Assembly (NCBI GenBank): GCA_016748015.1
Contig: JAAOMT010000694.1
Location: 186,001-250,000, forward strand
Direction: 5' to 3'
Length of the DNA: 64,000 nucleotides
Origin: Geosiphon pyriformis uo1
Taxonomy: Eukaryota; Fungi; Glomeromycota
The notes beneath the pieces were generated by a model. It was not told the DNA's origin. It ran no database searches and saw only the letters and a program-made list of their open reading frames with translations. The position numbers and the translations under genes are program-made. Position 1 is the first letter of the stretch. The number at the start of each line of letters is the position of its first letter. Positions 25,301 through 39,865 of the stretch are shown one piece after another.

Positions 25301-26841
25301 ACTTAACCACTGAAATTGAAGACCAACTGCCAGACACCATTTCAGACTTTTCACAACTGTGTGGATATGTAGATATTACATTACAAACAATATATGAATG
25401 AGAAGAATGTTATTTGCTCCAACCAAAACAATTGAAACAGATAAACTTGAGAAATCTAGACCCACTACAATATATGCAACTCAAGATATTACTTAACAAT
25501 TTTAATAACATCTTTGCCAGTGAAAACGAATTTGGCAGAACTGATATCATCCAACATCAAATTAAGACTGGAGATGCAATGTCAATTAAACGAAGAGCAT
25601 ATAGAGTACCATCAGCTAGCCATGAAATCATTCATCAAGAAATCAATAGGATGCTTGACAATGGACTAATTCAGTCATCAATGAGTCTATGGTCATTACC
25701 AGTAATACTAGTCCATAAGAAGAATGGGAAAATCTGCTTTTGTGTGAATTACTGGAAACTGAATGGAATAACCAAAAAAGATAGTTATCTGACTCCAAAG
25801 ATTCAAAAGCTGTTTGATGCTTTTGGAGGAAAAAAATGTTTCTCAACTTTGGACTTAGACAGCAGTTACTGGCAGATAGCCATGAAATCAGAAGATAAAG
25901 AAAAAATGGCTTTTACAACACAAAAAGAGAATTTCGAATTTAAGGTTATGCCATTTGGCTTGATGAATGCTTCAACCATGTTCCAGAGACTTATGGAAAT
26001 TGTTTATACTAAACTACTATGGAAATCAGTAGTCATATACTTGGATAACACCAATGTGTTCTTAAAAACATTTGATAATTATCTGCATCATCTCCAACAA
26101 GTATTTGAAAGACTCAAATAAGCAAGATTAAAACTAAATGCCAACAAATGCTTCTTTGAAAAAACAGAACTCAAGTTTTTAGGACATGTTGTAAGCAAAG
26201 ACAGTATTAAAATGGATCCAAATAAGATTGCAATAGTAAAGAACTTTCCAGTACCAACCAACTTAACAGAACTAAAAACATTTTTGGGATTTGCTGGATA
26301 TTATCACCATTTTATCAAGAACTTCTCTAAACTGGCTCAGCCACTCCATCATTTACAAATGAAGAATGTAAAGTATGAATAAATAGAAGCTTAACAAAAA
26401 GCATCCGACATACTAAGAAGAAAGCTTATTCAAGCTCCAGTACTAATGTATTTGGATCACAGCAAACTATTTATCATTACCATCAATGCATTAGGCCAAA
26501 CATTGGGAGCAGTACTATCGCAAAAAAAACCAGATAGAAGAGAACATCCAGTAGCTTATGCCAGTAGAAGCTTAAGTCCAGCTGAAAAAAACTATAGAAC
26601 TCTGGCACTAGAACACTTAGCTATTTATTGGGCTATCATCAAATGGAAAGAATACTTGAGTCAAAGATTTGACATATACACTAATCACAAAGGATTGACT
26701 TTAATCCAGAAACAAAAATTTGCCAACAATTATCATACAAGATGGAAAATAGAACTTTCACTATTTAGTTATACAATGCATTATAAAAAAGGAAAAAAAA
26801 ATAGAAATGCCAATGGATTGTTATGAATAAAACAAATCTAA
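22339..26841 (+). pseudogene. B gag 3' end + pol (aspartic protease, Cys-rich region, dUTPase, dUTPase-like domain, RT, RNase H)
   Basis: LILDSGSAGS (~23060), DAGFDLRY (24640), RT PWSxPVILVxKKNGK...LDLDSSYWQI...VMPFGLMNA...YLDNT, RNase H LGAVLSQ...VAYASRSL; ends ...IKQI-TAA at 26839-26841. Confidence 0.88.
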
Positions 26842-26873
26842 AAACATTTTTTAACCCAAAAATATAACAAAAC

Positions 26874-28248
26874 ATAAATATACAAAAATACTAACAACTC
26901 TAACATTATATAAATACCCAATTGTTCAAGGAGAAATTATCTTAAAAAAAACAAAACAACATAAAACAGCAATCAAAATATTTTATCAACCATTAAAATA
27001 TACTTTACCAGAAGAACAAAAGAAATCCAGATCAACCAACCAGAGTAATCACAGAATTGGAGAAAGAGACAATATTATTCAACATGTACTTAAACCCAAC
27101 AGCAGGACATTTTCACAAAAAAGCAACCATAGAAAAAACCAGAAAAAGATACTATTGGCCATCAATGTATCCAGACATTATACAATATGTTCAAAATTGT
27201 GATGCTTGTCAAAAAAAAAGTGAAACAAAACCCAGTGAACCATTGAAACCAATCAAAGTGAGACAACTATTTGATCATATTAGAATTGACTTAGTCGGAC
27301 CATTAACAATAACCAGCAGAGACAACAGATATATTGCAGTAGCCATAGACTATCTTACTAAATGGCCAGAAGCAAAAGCCACTTAAAGAACAGATGCAAA
27401 ATCTGTTGCCAAATTCGTTTATTAAGATTTGATTTGTTGACACAGATATCCAAAAAAACTACTATCAGATCAAAGAACTCACTTTGTAAATAAAACATTG
27501 GCAAAATTAAGTTAAAGATTTGGGATAAAAAGACTATTATCATCACTATACTATCCATAAACAAACAGGCTAGTGGAAAGGTTTAACAGAACATTGTGTA
27601 AAGCCATTGCCAAAATCAGCCAAAAAAATCAGGATGAATGGGATTTGATTATACCATCAGTATTGTTTGCTTATTGAACAATAAAACAAAACACTACACA
27701 AGCAACACCATTCAAATTAGTATACAATAGAACAGCAATATTACCAGTTAAGATAGAAGTCAAGACATATTCAACAAAACTAATAAAAAAAGAGAATTTT
27801 CAAAAAACATTGTTGAAAAGAACATATGACTTAATGAAAACACTAGAAAACACATGGTGAAGAGCAGCTGATAACATCCAAAAGTCAAAAAAAACAAAAA
27901 GAAAGACACAATAACCAATTACCAGAGAAACCAGTTGAATTCAAGATTGAAGACAAAGTACTTTTACATCATACCAAAGCAGAAAAACAATAGAGTAGAA
28001 AATTTGACCCCAAATAGGATAGACTATTTCACATAGAAGAAATTCTTGGAAATAGAGCTTATAAATTAAGGTTGAACAACAAAATCTTAACTAAAGCAGC
28101 ACATGGTAATTAACTAAAACAATATCACCATATAGCATTACCATCTACCAGTAATATTCCACAATTAGGAGTACAAAGAATACTAGTCAAACCAGAAGAG
28201 ATTCCACAAGATTTAGAACCAATTATAATCATTGAATCAAACATGTAA
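26874..28248 (+). pseudogene. B integrase (separate ORF; start ATG decayed to ATA)
   Basis: H-H-C-C zinc finger (AGHF..RYYWPSMY..CDACQ), IDLVGPL, VAIDYLTKWPEA, SH3-like C-terminus, no chromodomain. Confidence 0.85.
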
Positions 28249-28293
28249 AATTGAACAAACAAGGAGTATATAAAGACACAGTATATGCGACAA

Positions 28294-28936
28294 ATGACAG
28301 CAGAAAATGAAGATTACTGATAATATTTACTCACTAACACAACAACTTTTTTAACTAATCCAACAACAGGAAATGGAAATTACAATCAACCAATAAACTA
28401 TCAGATATACAAACATCAGAAAAAGACCATGAGATAAAATACAGAGAAAAACAAAAAACACTGTTGACAAAATAATCACAAAAGTGAAATTGGCAATAGA
28501 AACACAACCAAAAAATACCCAATATTAAGAATTGACTATAAAAACTTGGAATTGGTAGATACAACAATTTCCAAGAAACTTTTGTTACTTCTATTTGGGA
28601 CAACACTTGAACATTTAGGGCTTGTACACAGATAAAACAAAACAATTATTTGATACAACAATACTGCAACAACTGAAACAATTTGTAAGGAAGAACAATT
28701 TGATTATACAAGCAAGAGCCATTTATTGACTACATACTGGATTTCAAGATTGACCAGAAATTCTACTCAATTCAGAAATGAACTCCATTACCATTAATCA
28801 AATGGATAAAATAACCAATGCCCAATTTAAAGACTTACAGAACAAGATAGCACAAGTAATTCTTGAAAAAAAGATTCAAGAAATACTCAAAGATGGAGAA
28901 TTAGAATTAGAAGATCTCAATGGAGCTCAATATTAA
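28294..28936 (+). pseudogene. B ORF3 (unknown protein between IN and PPT), frameshifted
   Basis: C-terminal ~120 aa align without gaps to A ORF3; TATATAAA at 28267-28274. Confidence 0.6.
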
Positions 28937-28949
28937 AAGAAAGAAATAA

Positions 28950-29779
28950 TATTACTCATAGAATATAGGAAGTATATTAGCATATAAATTAACCAATCAG
29001 AAGTAGTTGTAATAAATATAGAATTCTAAGATTCCTCTTAGAGGAATTGCAGGATTTCAAGAATTTCAGGATTCTCATACAAAGAATCGCAAAATTCCAG
29101 AATTCCTCTCAAAGGAATTGCAAAATTCCAGGAATTCCAGGATTTCTGGTATGAAAAATTAAAAAATTGAGGAATCTCAATTATGTATATATAATGGTAG
29201 TATTAGAAATAGAAAAAACAGACCTCTAAGTTTAGATTTAATCTAAATGACCTTCTAACTCACAAATATCAATAAATAATTATTCTTTATCTCAAATTCA
29301 CTTTCTACTATCAACATGAAGTGTTGATAATAATTAATACTTAACTGTACTAGAATAATAGCTCTTGATCACAGCTATTGATAAGATACTAACTATTATT
29401 GTCTTGGCTTATTTTTTATTACTTTTATTTTTCTTTTTTTTTCTTTGTTGTTATTTACTAATTGATTAAAGGATTAAGTGCTGGAATACAAACATCATAG
29501 AAACTGGTAAAAGACCCATGAAACAAAAGTAAAACACTTATGGATTTGAGGATAGCTTACTAGGAAGACTACCAGCCACCATGCTAAGAAAAAAATTTGA
29601 CAGAATTGCGATTCCAGAAGGCTACTGAAACAACAATTGAATCTCTGTCTATTATACAAAGAACTCCACCAAAACCTTCAGATAACAATATCTTCAGAAA
29701 CCAACATTATTAAATTAATTTGAGCACCAAGTTATGGGTTTGTTATTTGCTTTGAGACCACAAATAATCATCTGTAACA
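28950..29779 (+). repeat. B 3' LTR
   Basis: T(A)TTACTCATAG...TGTAACA followed by TSD CCAG. Confidence 0.92.
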
Positions 29780-30733
29780 CCAGTGTACTAAAAAAAGTTT
29801 TTTTTTTATTAGATAAAAGTTTTTTAGTATAGCCATGACAACAAATAATATCTTCATAAATAAAGTTGGCAATAGAGACTGTTATTTAATCTAAAGTGGC
29901 TTTTGTTTTTATTTACTTTGTAAGATAGTTGGTAGCTGTAATAATATATCTATTCTCATTAGGAGTTATAATTAAAGGTCCAATAACAGAGATTGAATGA
30001 ATGTTTTTTTTGTAATTGGAGAGTTTTTTTTTTGGTAGATATTACAAATTTTAATATATTCAGCAATGTTTTTTCTCAAAGTAGATTAATAATAGTGAGT
30101 AAAAATTTTCTGAATTGTTTTAGTCTTTTTAAAGTATTTAGCTAATGAATCAGTATACATATTATAAATTACAATTTCTCTTTTTTCAAATCTAATGACT
30201 TTTTAAGAACAGTTAGAATTTTTTTTATTTCTTTTATATAGTTGGTTTTGGCAAATTAAATAAAAATTTGATTGTTTTTACAAATGTTTTTTTTGTTGTT
30301 AAGTATAGTCTTGTAAGTATTGTTTTTTATCCAAAAATTTTATTAAAACAGAATAGTTGTTTAAGTTTATTATTATGTTTGTATAAAAAAAATTTATTAA
30401 TAATAGATTAGTTTGATTTAAAAAAATTATACTATTACTAGATAATAAGTCTAGAAAAAGCATCAGTATTTTGATAATAAGCTCTTTTGTAATGTTGTAT
30501 ATCAATCAAATTCATCCAAATAAAGTATTCAACAAGTTATTTTTTTGTGTTCTAGCTTCTTTTTTTATGCAGTCAAATTAAGACTTAATAATTTGTTACT
30601 ACCAGGAATTTGGCACCAAGAAAATATTTATCCCAATAACTAGTAGCTTATACTACTACCAAATATTTTTGTTTAATAATTGAATAGTTATGTTTTGTTA
30701 GAAAAAATGATCAATTGGCATAAGCTATAATAT

Positions 30734-33700
30734 TGTTACTGATTGAAGTAATAAGCTAACAAATAGCAAAAAAAAACAAAATTATAGAGTAATAGAAATA
30801 ATTAAAGAGAGAATTACAATATAAAAGTGAATTAAATAAGTAAGAATTTAATATACATAATTAGTCTTATAAAAATCACAGTCATAAATCTTTTCTGAAA
30901 ATTTAAAAGTAGAAAAATAGTTCATAATTGTCAACAAAATAATACTGCTGCTATTATTTTATGTCTCAACTCAGGGATTTTTAGAATCAATAACAGATAT
31001 TATTGTGCTTTTCAATTGTTTTTTTATTCAATAAATCACAAAAACAAGCAATTGTTTTTCAGACTAATTTTAACAATACAAATTAAGAAAAAAAAAACAT
31101 AAGGTATGTAAATACTAACAAGAAATTTTTTATTCCAAGATGTTCAGATACTTAAAAGTAGAAAAAAAAAATAAGTGATATAAGAGGAAATAATTAATAA
31201 TGGGTTTTATTTTGTTACTTTGATCATGTTTTTCTATAGTTAAAAAACTTATTACTTATATAGCTATTAAAAGTGGTCAACAATTAGGTCAATAATTAGA
31301 TTAATGATCAGATTAATAATCAGATCAACAATCAGATCATTAATTAAGTCAATAATTATTATCTAAAAATAGGGTGGCTAATTATATAATATTAGTAGCT
31401 AATATATGTAATAACTAATAAAAAGTATGAGTTTTAACCATAACATTATTCTTTCCAAAAAAATTAAGCTCTAACAAAATTAAGCTATTCATAAGATAAT
31501 TTATTTAAAAAGTTTTGTTTAACTTAAACCTAATTAGTTTATTAAAGTCTTTTGTAGATAAGATATATAATATCTGAGACAAAATAAGTTTTGTATTTAA
31601 GAGATCAAATTTTTATATAAGAGTTTTGGCTCTTTTAACAATAGTCAAAACTTTTGGAACATTTAACCATATAATGCCCAAAATTTCTATCTGTATCTCT
31701 AAAGTTGTTTTTTTTATGAGCTTTATATTTTCTATGATTTTACCAAAGTGATTATAAAGTTTTAGTTGTCTTTTATATGACAAGTTTTTGTCTATGAATA
31801 AGATTTCTTTAATCATTTTTCCAATGATAATAAAAGATAAAAGTATTGTCACTGTTATACTTTTCAGCAAATATTTATCTATTTTGCTACCAATTTTTTC
31901 TCTTTTGGTAGTAGTTTTCTTTGGTCTAATAACACTATATATTCTACTATTATCAATTATAATGGTTTGTTTTTCAATAGTTAGAATAGCATTTGAATAG
32001 TTTTGATCCAATACTTATAGAAAATATAGAAGACATTTTAAATGTTTTGATTCAAGATATAATTGTTCATGTTAATTAAAAATACCTCTGTTTTGGAAAT
32101 GATACATTTATTTATACTTGATTTTTACTGATTATTTGGATTAGTATTACCATAATAAACAACCAATTAGATCATTTGTAAGATTTATTAAGTCATGTAT
32201 CATAAATAAAGTAATTATTAAAGATTGTTTTATATTGATCTTGTAGAATATAAAAACCATTGTTTAAAACTTTGTTGACTAAAAAAGATACTTTTTACTA
32301 GCTAAAAAATTTATTATCATAGATATTGTCTTTGTTTAAGCAATATTCCAAAACTAAATTATCAATACTTAAGAAAAGTGTTTTATAAGTCTTTTTTTTT
32401 TTAAGCTTTTCTTAAAACTGTTTTATCTTTTCAAAGACAATTATTCATGTTTCTACCAAGAAGTCAAGAATAATACCAAGTTTTCCTTGCAAAATGTTTT
32501 TGTAATTTCTTATTGTAATTTCTTTAAAAAGTATTGTCTCAATATTAGTTTCTATTAGCAGGGTTGTTATTTGTTCATAAAGTAGATAAAAAGATTTATA
32601 ACTTGTTATATCATGATTTACAGTCCTATAAGCAAACAAAGCTAAAGACAGCATTTTGTTTCATAAGTTTGTTTCTTTACTGGTTTTGGTTAAGGTTTCA
32701 TATAGTGTTTTGTTAAAATGTTTTACTAGGCTATTTGTTTAAAGGTAATAAAAAAAAGAGAGTTTATGACATATTCTTATTTTTCTACAAAGTTTCTCAA
32801 CCAGTGTACTAAAAAAACTCTTCTTCTGTCAGATAAAAGTTTTTTGAAACAGTCATAATAGCAGATAATATCTTCATAAATAAAATTAGCTATGAAAACT
32901 ACTATTTGGTCTAAAGTGATTCTTGCTTTTACTCACTTTATAAGATAGTTAATAGCTGTGATAATATATTTGTTGCCATTAGGAGTTACTGTTAAAGATC
33001 CAACAACATTTATACTAATTCTGTCAAATAGTTAATCAACAAAGATTGAATGAATATCTTTTTTAAAATTGGGTTTTTTTCTTTTTTGGCAAGTATTACA
33101 AGTTTTAATATACTCAGCAATATCTTTTTCCAAAGTAGGCCAATAATAGCAAGTTAAAGTTTTCTGATTTTTTTTTGTTTTTCCAAAGTGTTTAGCTAAT
33201 AAATCAATATATATATTATATATTACAATTTTTTTTTCTTCAAATCTGATGACTCTTTGAAGGTGATTAGAATCTTTTCTATTTTTTTTTTAAAGTTAGT
33301 TTTGGCTGATCAAATAAAAATTTGATTGTTTACACAAATGTTTTTTTTGCTGTCAAGTGTAATTTGGTGAATATTGTTTTTTACTTAAAAATTCTATTAA
33401 GACAAAATAGTTATCCAAATTTATTATCATGTTTATTAAAGGGAAAAATATTAATAATTAAGTTGGTTTGGTTGAGAAATTGTACTATTACTGAATGGTA
33501 AGTCTGAGAAAAGCATTGGTATTTTGATAATTTGCTCTTTTACAATGTTAAATGTTATAGTCAAATTTATCTAAGTGAAATATCTAGTGAGTTATTCATT
33601 TATGTTTTAGCTTTTTCTTATTGTGCAGTCAAACCAAAGCTTGATAATCTGTTACCATTAGGAATTTTACACTAAGAAAATATTTATCCTAATAACTAGT

Positions 33701-36700
33701 AGTTCAAACTACTACTAAGCATTTCTGTTTAGTAATTGAATAGTTTTGTTTTACTGATAATAGTGTTTTACTTACATATGCTATAGCATATTTCTTGCTA
33801 TTTTTATTTTTTTAGAAGAGAATAGCACCAAGTTCATAGTTAGATACATCAGTATAAAAAATAAAAAGTTGATTCAGATCAGATTACATGAATATAAGTT
33901 CTGTAACTAATTTTTTCTTTTAAAGTTTCAAATGCTTTTTGTTAATGTGTACTCCAGTAATAATTGATAGTTTTTTTGAGTAGTTAATTAAAAGGAAAGG
34001 TAATTTTAAAGAAATCTTTAATGAATTTGCAATAATAAAAAGCCAATTCAAAAAAAGAGCATAGTTTATAAACATTCATTAATTGTCTAATGTTCTGGAC
34101 TTTTTCAACTTTAGCTGGATTAGAGAAGATTCCATTTTTTGTAATAAGATAACCAAAAAACTGAATGAATTAACATACAAAAAAAATTTAATTGGGTTGA
34201 TTTTGAGGCCAGCATTTCTAAGGAGATCAAAAAATTTTTGTAAATATTTTAGGTATTTATTTCAAGTTCTTAAGTATATTATTATGTTGTTTAAGTAGAC
34301 TAAAACAAAGTTTTCTTTTACTAATTCAAACACTTTGTTTATTAGGCATTAAAAGATAGAAGAAGCATTAATGAAACTAAAAAGCATAATTGTAAATTTA
34401 TAAGTGCCATACTTGGTAATGAAGACAGTTTTTTTTGCTTTCTGGATCCATCTCTACTTGTCAGAATCTAGTAGTTAAGTCAATAGTTAAGAAGAAAGCA
34501 GCACTTTTGAATTTGTTTAGCATTACATCAATTTTGGAAAGTAAGTACATATCTCTTTTAATAATAATATTTAATTGGCAATAATTAACACAGAAGTGTA
34601 GGATTCCATCTTTTTTGAATATTATTACAATTAAAAAAGTCTATTTATTCTTGGTTTTTTGTATGAATTCAAGATTTTTCATCTGGTTTATTTTTTTTTT
34701 GATAAACTAATTATTACAGTAATTAGATTAATAAAGCTTTAATTGAATAGAACAAATTTCTTTGGTGATAATAATGTGTTGTATTACATGAGTTTGTTCA
34801 GAGATATTACTTTTTTTTGAGATAGCTGGATTATTTCTAGTCAACAAATTTCAATGTTTATTTTTCTTTCTTTTAGAGAGAGTTTTTTTGCTCTATTATT
34901 AATAACTCTATCTCTGGTGTTTTATTTTTAAAAGATTTTGTACTTCTTGTATTTCTTTTTTTAATATCAAGCTAATAGATTCTCAATTTTTGTAATAGAT
35001 TAAACAAAATTTGCATTTATTACTGGGAAAATACAATGGCTTATTGCACTAGTACTGAACACAAAAATCATGCCACTAATAACTGTATTTGGCTTTTTTG
35101 CTAGGTTTTTTGTCAAAAATTCTTCTGAATATGTTATAGTATGACCAACAAATTAACTTGCCATTTACAATAATTTCTTTTTTGTTAGCTTTAATATTGT
35201 CTAATAACTTGCCATTGCTAATAAAGATAGTGTAAATAAGTTCAGCAGTTTCTTTATGTTCTTTTTGTTTTTCTTTTTTATTACTCTCTTTATTATCTGA
35301 TTTATCTAATTGTTCTTCTTTTTGGTTCTGCTTGAATACTAGAAAAGTTGTCCAATAGTAATATTTAATTACAATGGACTTTTCACTACATTTAATAATT
35401 AATTTACAGAGTTTATTATCAAGTTAAACTTTTGCTTTTTTAAGCTATTCATTACCAACAATAATTGTGTATTTTTTGGCTTCAAAAATCTCTATATTAG
35501 TTTTAATGCTGATGTTATTGATGCAAACAGGAACAGCTTTGACTATACTAAGTTTTTTTTTTTGTTATTATGCATATTGGTTATAAATCTGGTGGAAAAT
35601 TTATCAATTTTTTTACCAATAACTTTTAGAAAATGTTTGGCAATAACACTTACAGATAATCTACTGTTTAAGATCAAGTTAATGAAGTAATTAGCCACTT
35701 GTGCTTTGCAAATTAGAAGAGTAATATTGCTATTGTTAGCAAATCTGGCTTGATAAGGATGCTTGTTAGTTTTTGGTGTTTTTTTCTTTAAAATTAAGGA
35801 TTTGCAAAGATTTTTTCTAAACTGTAGATGGGTTATTAATTGGCCAAAAGTAATATGAACTGGTGTTTTTATAAGATTTTTAACAACAAAATAGGGATCA
35901 GATTTTTGTACTATCTCTAAAAGTTCTAACTTTGGAGAATTTTTAAAAACTTTAGTCTTTGGTGGCTTATTGTTATTAGCAGTTAATGTAAAAGCTTTAT
36001 TGAGGTCCAGGGCAAAATCAACTTTGGGGGTTTTTTTTTCTTGTTAAATCAGAGGGGTTAATTGCTAATTTATTTATGTTATGATTATCATCAGTTAGAT
36101 TAAAAACATAAAAGAGGTTTTTTTCTGGTTGGCTTGCACTTTTACTCTTTAAAGATACACCTACCAGTTTAAAGGCTAATAAACAATGGCTTTAACTAAA
36201 GAATTTTCTTTAAAGAAATTAATGTTGGCATAATTAGATCTTTGATTAAAGGTATTATTATTGTTGGGTCTATTGTTCTAATTGTTATTGTTTCTAAGAA
36301 CTGAAGAAAGTAATGGAGGATTGTTGTAATCTCTGAAAAAATGTCCAGTTAATCCACAATAATAGCACACAAGTGGGCCATAATTTTGCTGTTTTTGATA
36401 AAAAAATTTCTGGTGCTAATTAAAACAAAGTTTAAATCTGGGTTTTTGTGGTTGCTAGTTATTTTTGATTGCTTGGGCTAAGAATTTTAGTAACTAAACA
36501 AGATTAGCTGTGAGTTTATTTATAAACTGTTTATTTGGGTCTTGAGTTTAAGCAGCAAAAGAAGTAACAGCCATTTAAAAAACAGAAGCCATAACAGAAG
36601 CAGAAACAAAAACTGAAAGTGTGGATCTCAAATGTATTTTTTGATTGTCTTTAATTTGTTGGACAAGTTCAATGGCCATATCTATTATTGAATTATCTTT

Positions 36701-38512
36701 TAAAACCAAAAGAAACCAAAGAACATATAAAAAATCAGTTCTCAATTTTTTTGTAAAAGAATAAATCTTTTGCTCTTCTGTCTAGTTCTTTTCAAAGTCT
36801 ACTTACTTGATTAACTTTCTAATTGCTTTGATATACTCAATTACAATTTCACTAGAATTTTGGTTTTTTTTTTCTAATTTTATATGCTATTTTAAGATTA
36901 AGATGGGAGTTTTGAATTTGTCTTCAAACCAAGTGGTAAAAAAAGTGTTGTTTTCTTCAGCATTTGCTAATGTTCATCTAATAATTCTTTGTTGGGCATT
37001 GGCATTGGTTTTTTGTGAGAACCAAGTAATAAAAAAGTCTTAAAGATAACCACCAACAATTTGGAATTTGTATTTTTTATTATACTGGTTTACAGTGGCT
37101 GTTTTTTTATAATTGTCCAACCATTCTATTAAATCTTAAGCATCACTTCTAAATAATAGTAGTGGAATGTTATTTCTTTGTTCTAAAGCAGTTTGTATGC
37201 TTTGAAGAGTGGCCAAAATGTTTTGTTGTATGGAAATATTAGTTATTGGTTTAGAAATAACTGTTTATATGGAATGTTCTAATTCACTTAAAAAAAAATT
37301 AAAAACAAGAACAGTTTAATAACTTTTTTTTTTGTTTTAAAGGGAGTTTTAGCTAACTGGTAAACAACAATCCAAATATGAATTTGGTGATTCAGATATT
37401 CGAAATTAGGAGATTGTTGTTTAGAAATTATAAAGTATAAAAGCTAATTGATGCTGTTTTTTTTTTTTAAAGTGGTTTTCAAAATAAGCTTGGTTAAAAT
37501 AATAGATTGTATAGACTATGTAGGTTTCAGCTGAATGCTTATTCAGGAACCAGTTCCAAAAGTTTTGAAATTGTTTTCTGGGTTGTTTTTTAATGGAGAA
37601 ACAAATCAAGCAAAAGAATAAAGAATTGAGTTCAATAAAGTCTAGGTTATTTTTGTTGTGTGCTTTAAAATATTTTTCTAATTATTGTAACAGATATAAA
37701 TAATTACTTATACAATAAGAAACAAAGTGGATTTTAACAACTTTATAGAAAACACCACTTTTATGTTATAGGTTAAAATAACAAGTTAACAGATAGCAAG
37801 AGAGAACAAGATTGTAAAGTAATAGAAATAATCAAAGAGAGAATTACAATATGAGAGCAAATTAAACAAGTAAGAATTCAATATACATGATCAGTTTCAT
37901 AAAAACCACAGTTGCAAATTTTTTTTGGAAATCTGAAAATAGAAAAATAATTTATAATTGTCAACAAGATAATACCACTGCTATTATTCTATGTCTCAAC
38001 TTGGCAATTCTTAGAATTAATAACAAATATTATTGTGCTTTTCAATCATTTTTTTATTCAATAAATCACAAAAGCAAGCAATTACTTCTTAGACTAATTC
38101 TAACAATACAAATTAAGAAGGAAAAAAGATAAGGTATGTAAATGCTAACAAGTAATCTTTTATCTTAAGATGTTCAGATACTTGAAGATAAAAAAAAGGA
38201 AATAAGCAATATAAGATGAAGTAATTAATAGTGGATTTTATTTTGTTACTTTAATCATGTTTTTCTACAGTTAAGAGACTTATTGCTTATATAGCTATTG
38301 AAAATAGTCAATGACCAGATCAATAACTAGGTTAATAATCAGGTCAATGATTAAGTCAATAATCAAATTATTGATCAGGTCAATAATCAGATTAACAGTT
38401 AAATTATTGATTAGATCAATAATTACTATTTAAAAATAGGATGGCTAATTATATGACATCAGTGGCTAATACATATTATAACTAATAAAAAGTATAGGTT
38501 TTAAATATAACA
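30734..38512 (-). mobile_element. Ty3/Gypsy element C2 (full length, decayed), inserted in the C1 RNase H region
   Basis: LTRs 30734-31445 and 37764-38512, TSD ATAT/ATAT, collinear with C3. Confidence 0.9.
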
Positions 38513-39073
38513 ATATGCTTTTTGCTATCTTTATCTTTCTAGAAGAGAACAGTACCAAGTTCAAAACCAAATACATTAATATAAAGAATAAAAAATTAAT
38601 TCAGATAAGATTGCATAAAAATTGGTTTAGTAATTAGTTTTTCTTTTAGAGTTTCAAAGATTTTTGCTAATGTGTGCCTTAGTAATAATTGACAGTTTTC
38701 TTAAATAGCTAATTAAAAAAAAAGACTATTTTGGAAAAATCTTAACAAATCTTTAATAATAAAATACCAAACCAAGAAAAAATGTAGTTCATAAATATTT
38801 ATTGGTTGTTTAATATTTTGGACTTTTTCAATCTTAACTGGGTCAGAAAAAATTTTATTTTTTATAATAAAATAACCAAAAAATTGAGTAGATTGTTATC
38901 CAAAGAAATATTTAATAAGATTAATTTTAAGGCCAGTATTTTTAAGAAAATTAAAAACCTTTTGTAAATGTTCAAGATATTTATCTCAGGTTTTTGAATA
39001 TATTATTATGTTATCTAAATAAATTAGAACAAAGTTTTTTTTTACTAATTTGAATATTTTGTTTATTAAGCAT

Positions 39074-39865
39074 TGTTACAAACAATTATTTGGAATATTA
39101 AAACAAATAACAAACCTATAACTTAAGATTTAATAGCTGTTAATAATAATAGTTTCTAAAAATTTTGAAGTCTAAAAGTTTTGATTAAGTTTTTTGTATA
39201 ATAAACAAAGATTTAATTAATGGTTTCTTTTATGAATTTTTTTTTTAACATGATAGCTAGTTTATTTTGGCAGTTATATTTTTCTGATAAAGCTATTTTA
39301 AATTTCTATTTTTGTTTCTGAACCTTTTGTCAGACTATCCTTGATATCGATTATTCAATGCTTAATCTTTTTAATTAATTAGAAAACAACAAAAAAAATA
39401 AAACAAAAAAAAATAAAACAAAATAAGAAATTAATATTCTATTAATAGTCATAATCAAAAGCTATTGGTTTAGTATGATTAAGTATTAGTTTCTATTAAC
39501 ATAGAGTGTTAATAGTGTGATATTTCTTAATTAAATAATAATAATATAGATTAGATAATAATGAATAAGTTTATTGATATTAATATAATTTCATTTCAAA
39601 TTATAAAAAATTATTTTTTAAAAGAATGAGTATTAGATAATTACTGATTTTTAACTACTGTTCTTTATTTGAATCTGTTTTTTTTGTTTCTAATACTCTT
39701 GTTATATATACATAATTCTTGTTATATAAGATTTCACACATTTTTAAGCAATGTGTTATAATTTTTTAACAATGAACTTATTTATTAAGTACTATTTTCT
39801 TATTGGTCTATTTTTACTATCTGTTTTTTTTACTTCTTTTTTGTATTTTTTTTCTATAGATAACA
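39074..39865 (-). mobile_element. Solo LTR, family E (A/B-related), inserted in the C1 RT
   Basis: TGTTACA...TAACA termini, TSD GCAT/ATAT; reverse complement matches the U5 and hairpin of the A/B LTRs; C1 RT resumes at 39870. Confidence 0.8.

Larger units (their letters stand above)
8966..29779 (+). mobile_element. Ty3/Gypsy element B (dUTPase-bearing), inserted in the C1 integrase
   Basis: LTRs 8966-9795 and 28950-29779 (830 bp each), TSD CCAG/CCAG, PBS 9798-9814, PPT 28935-28949; order gag-PR-dUTPase-RT-RH, IN. Confidence 0.93.
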
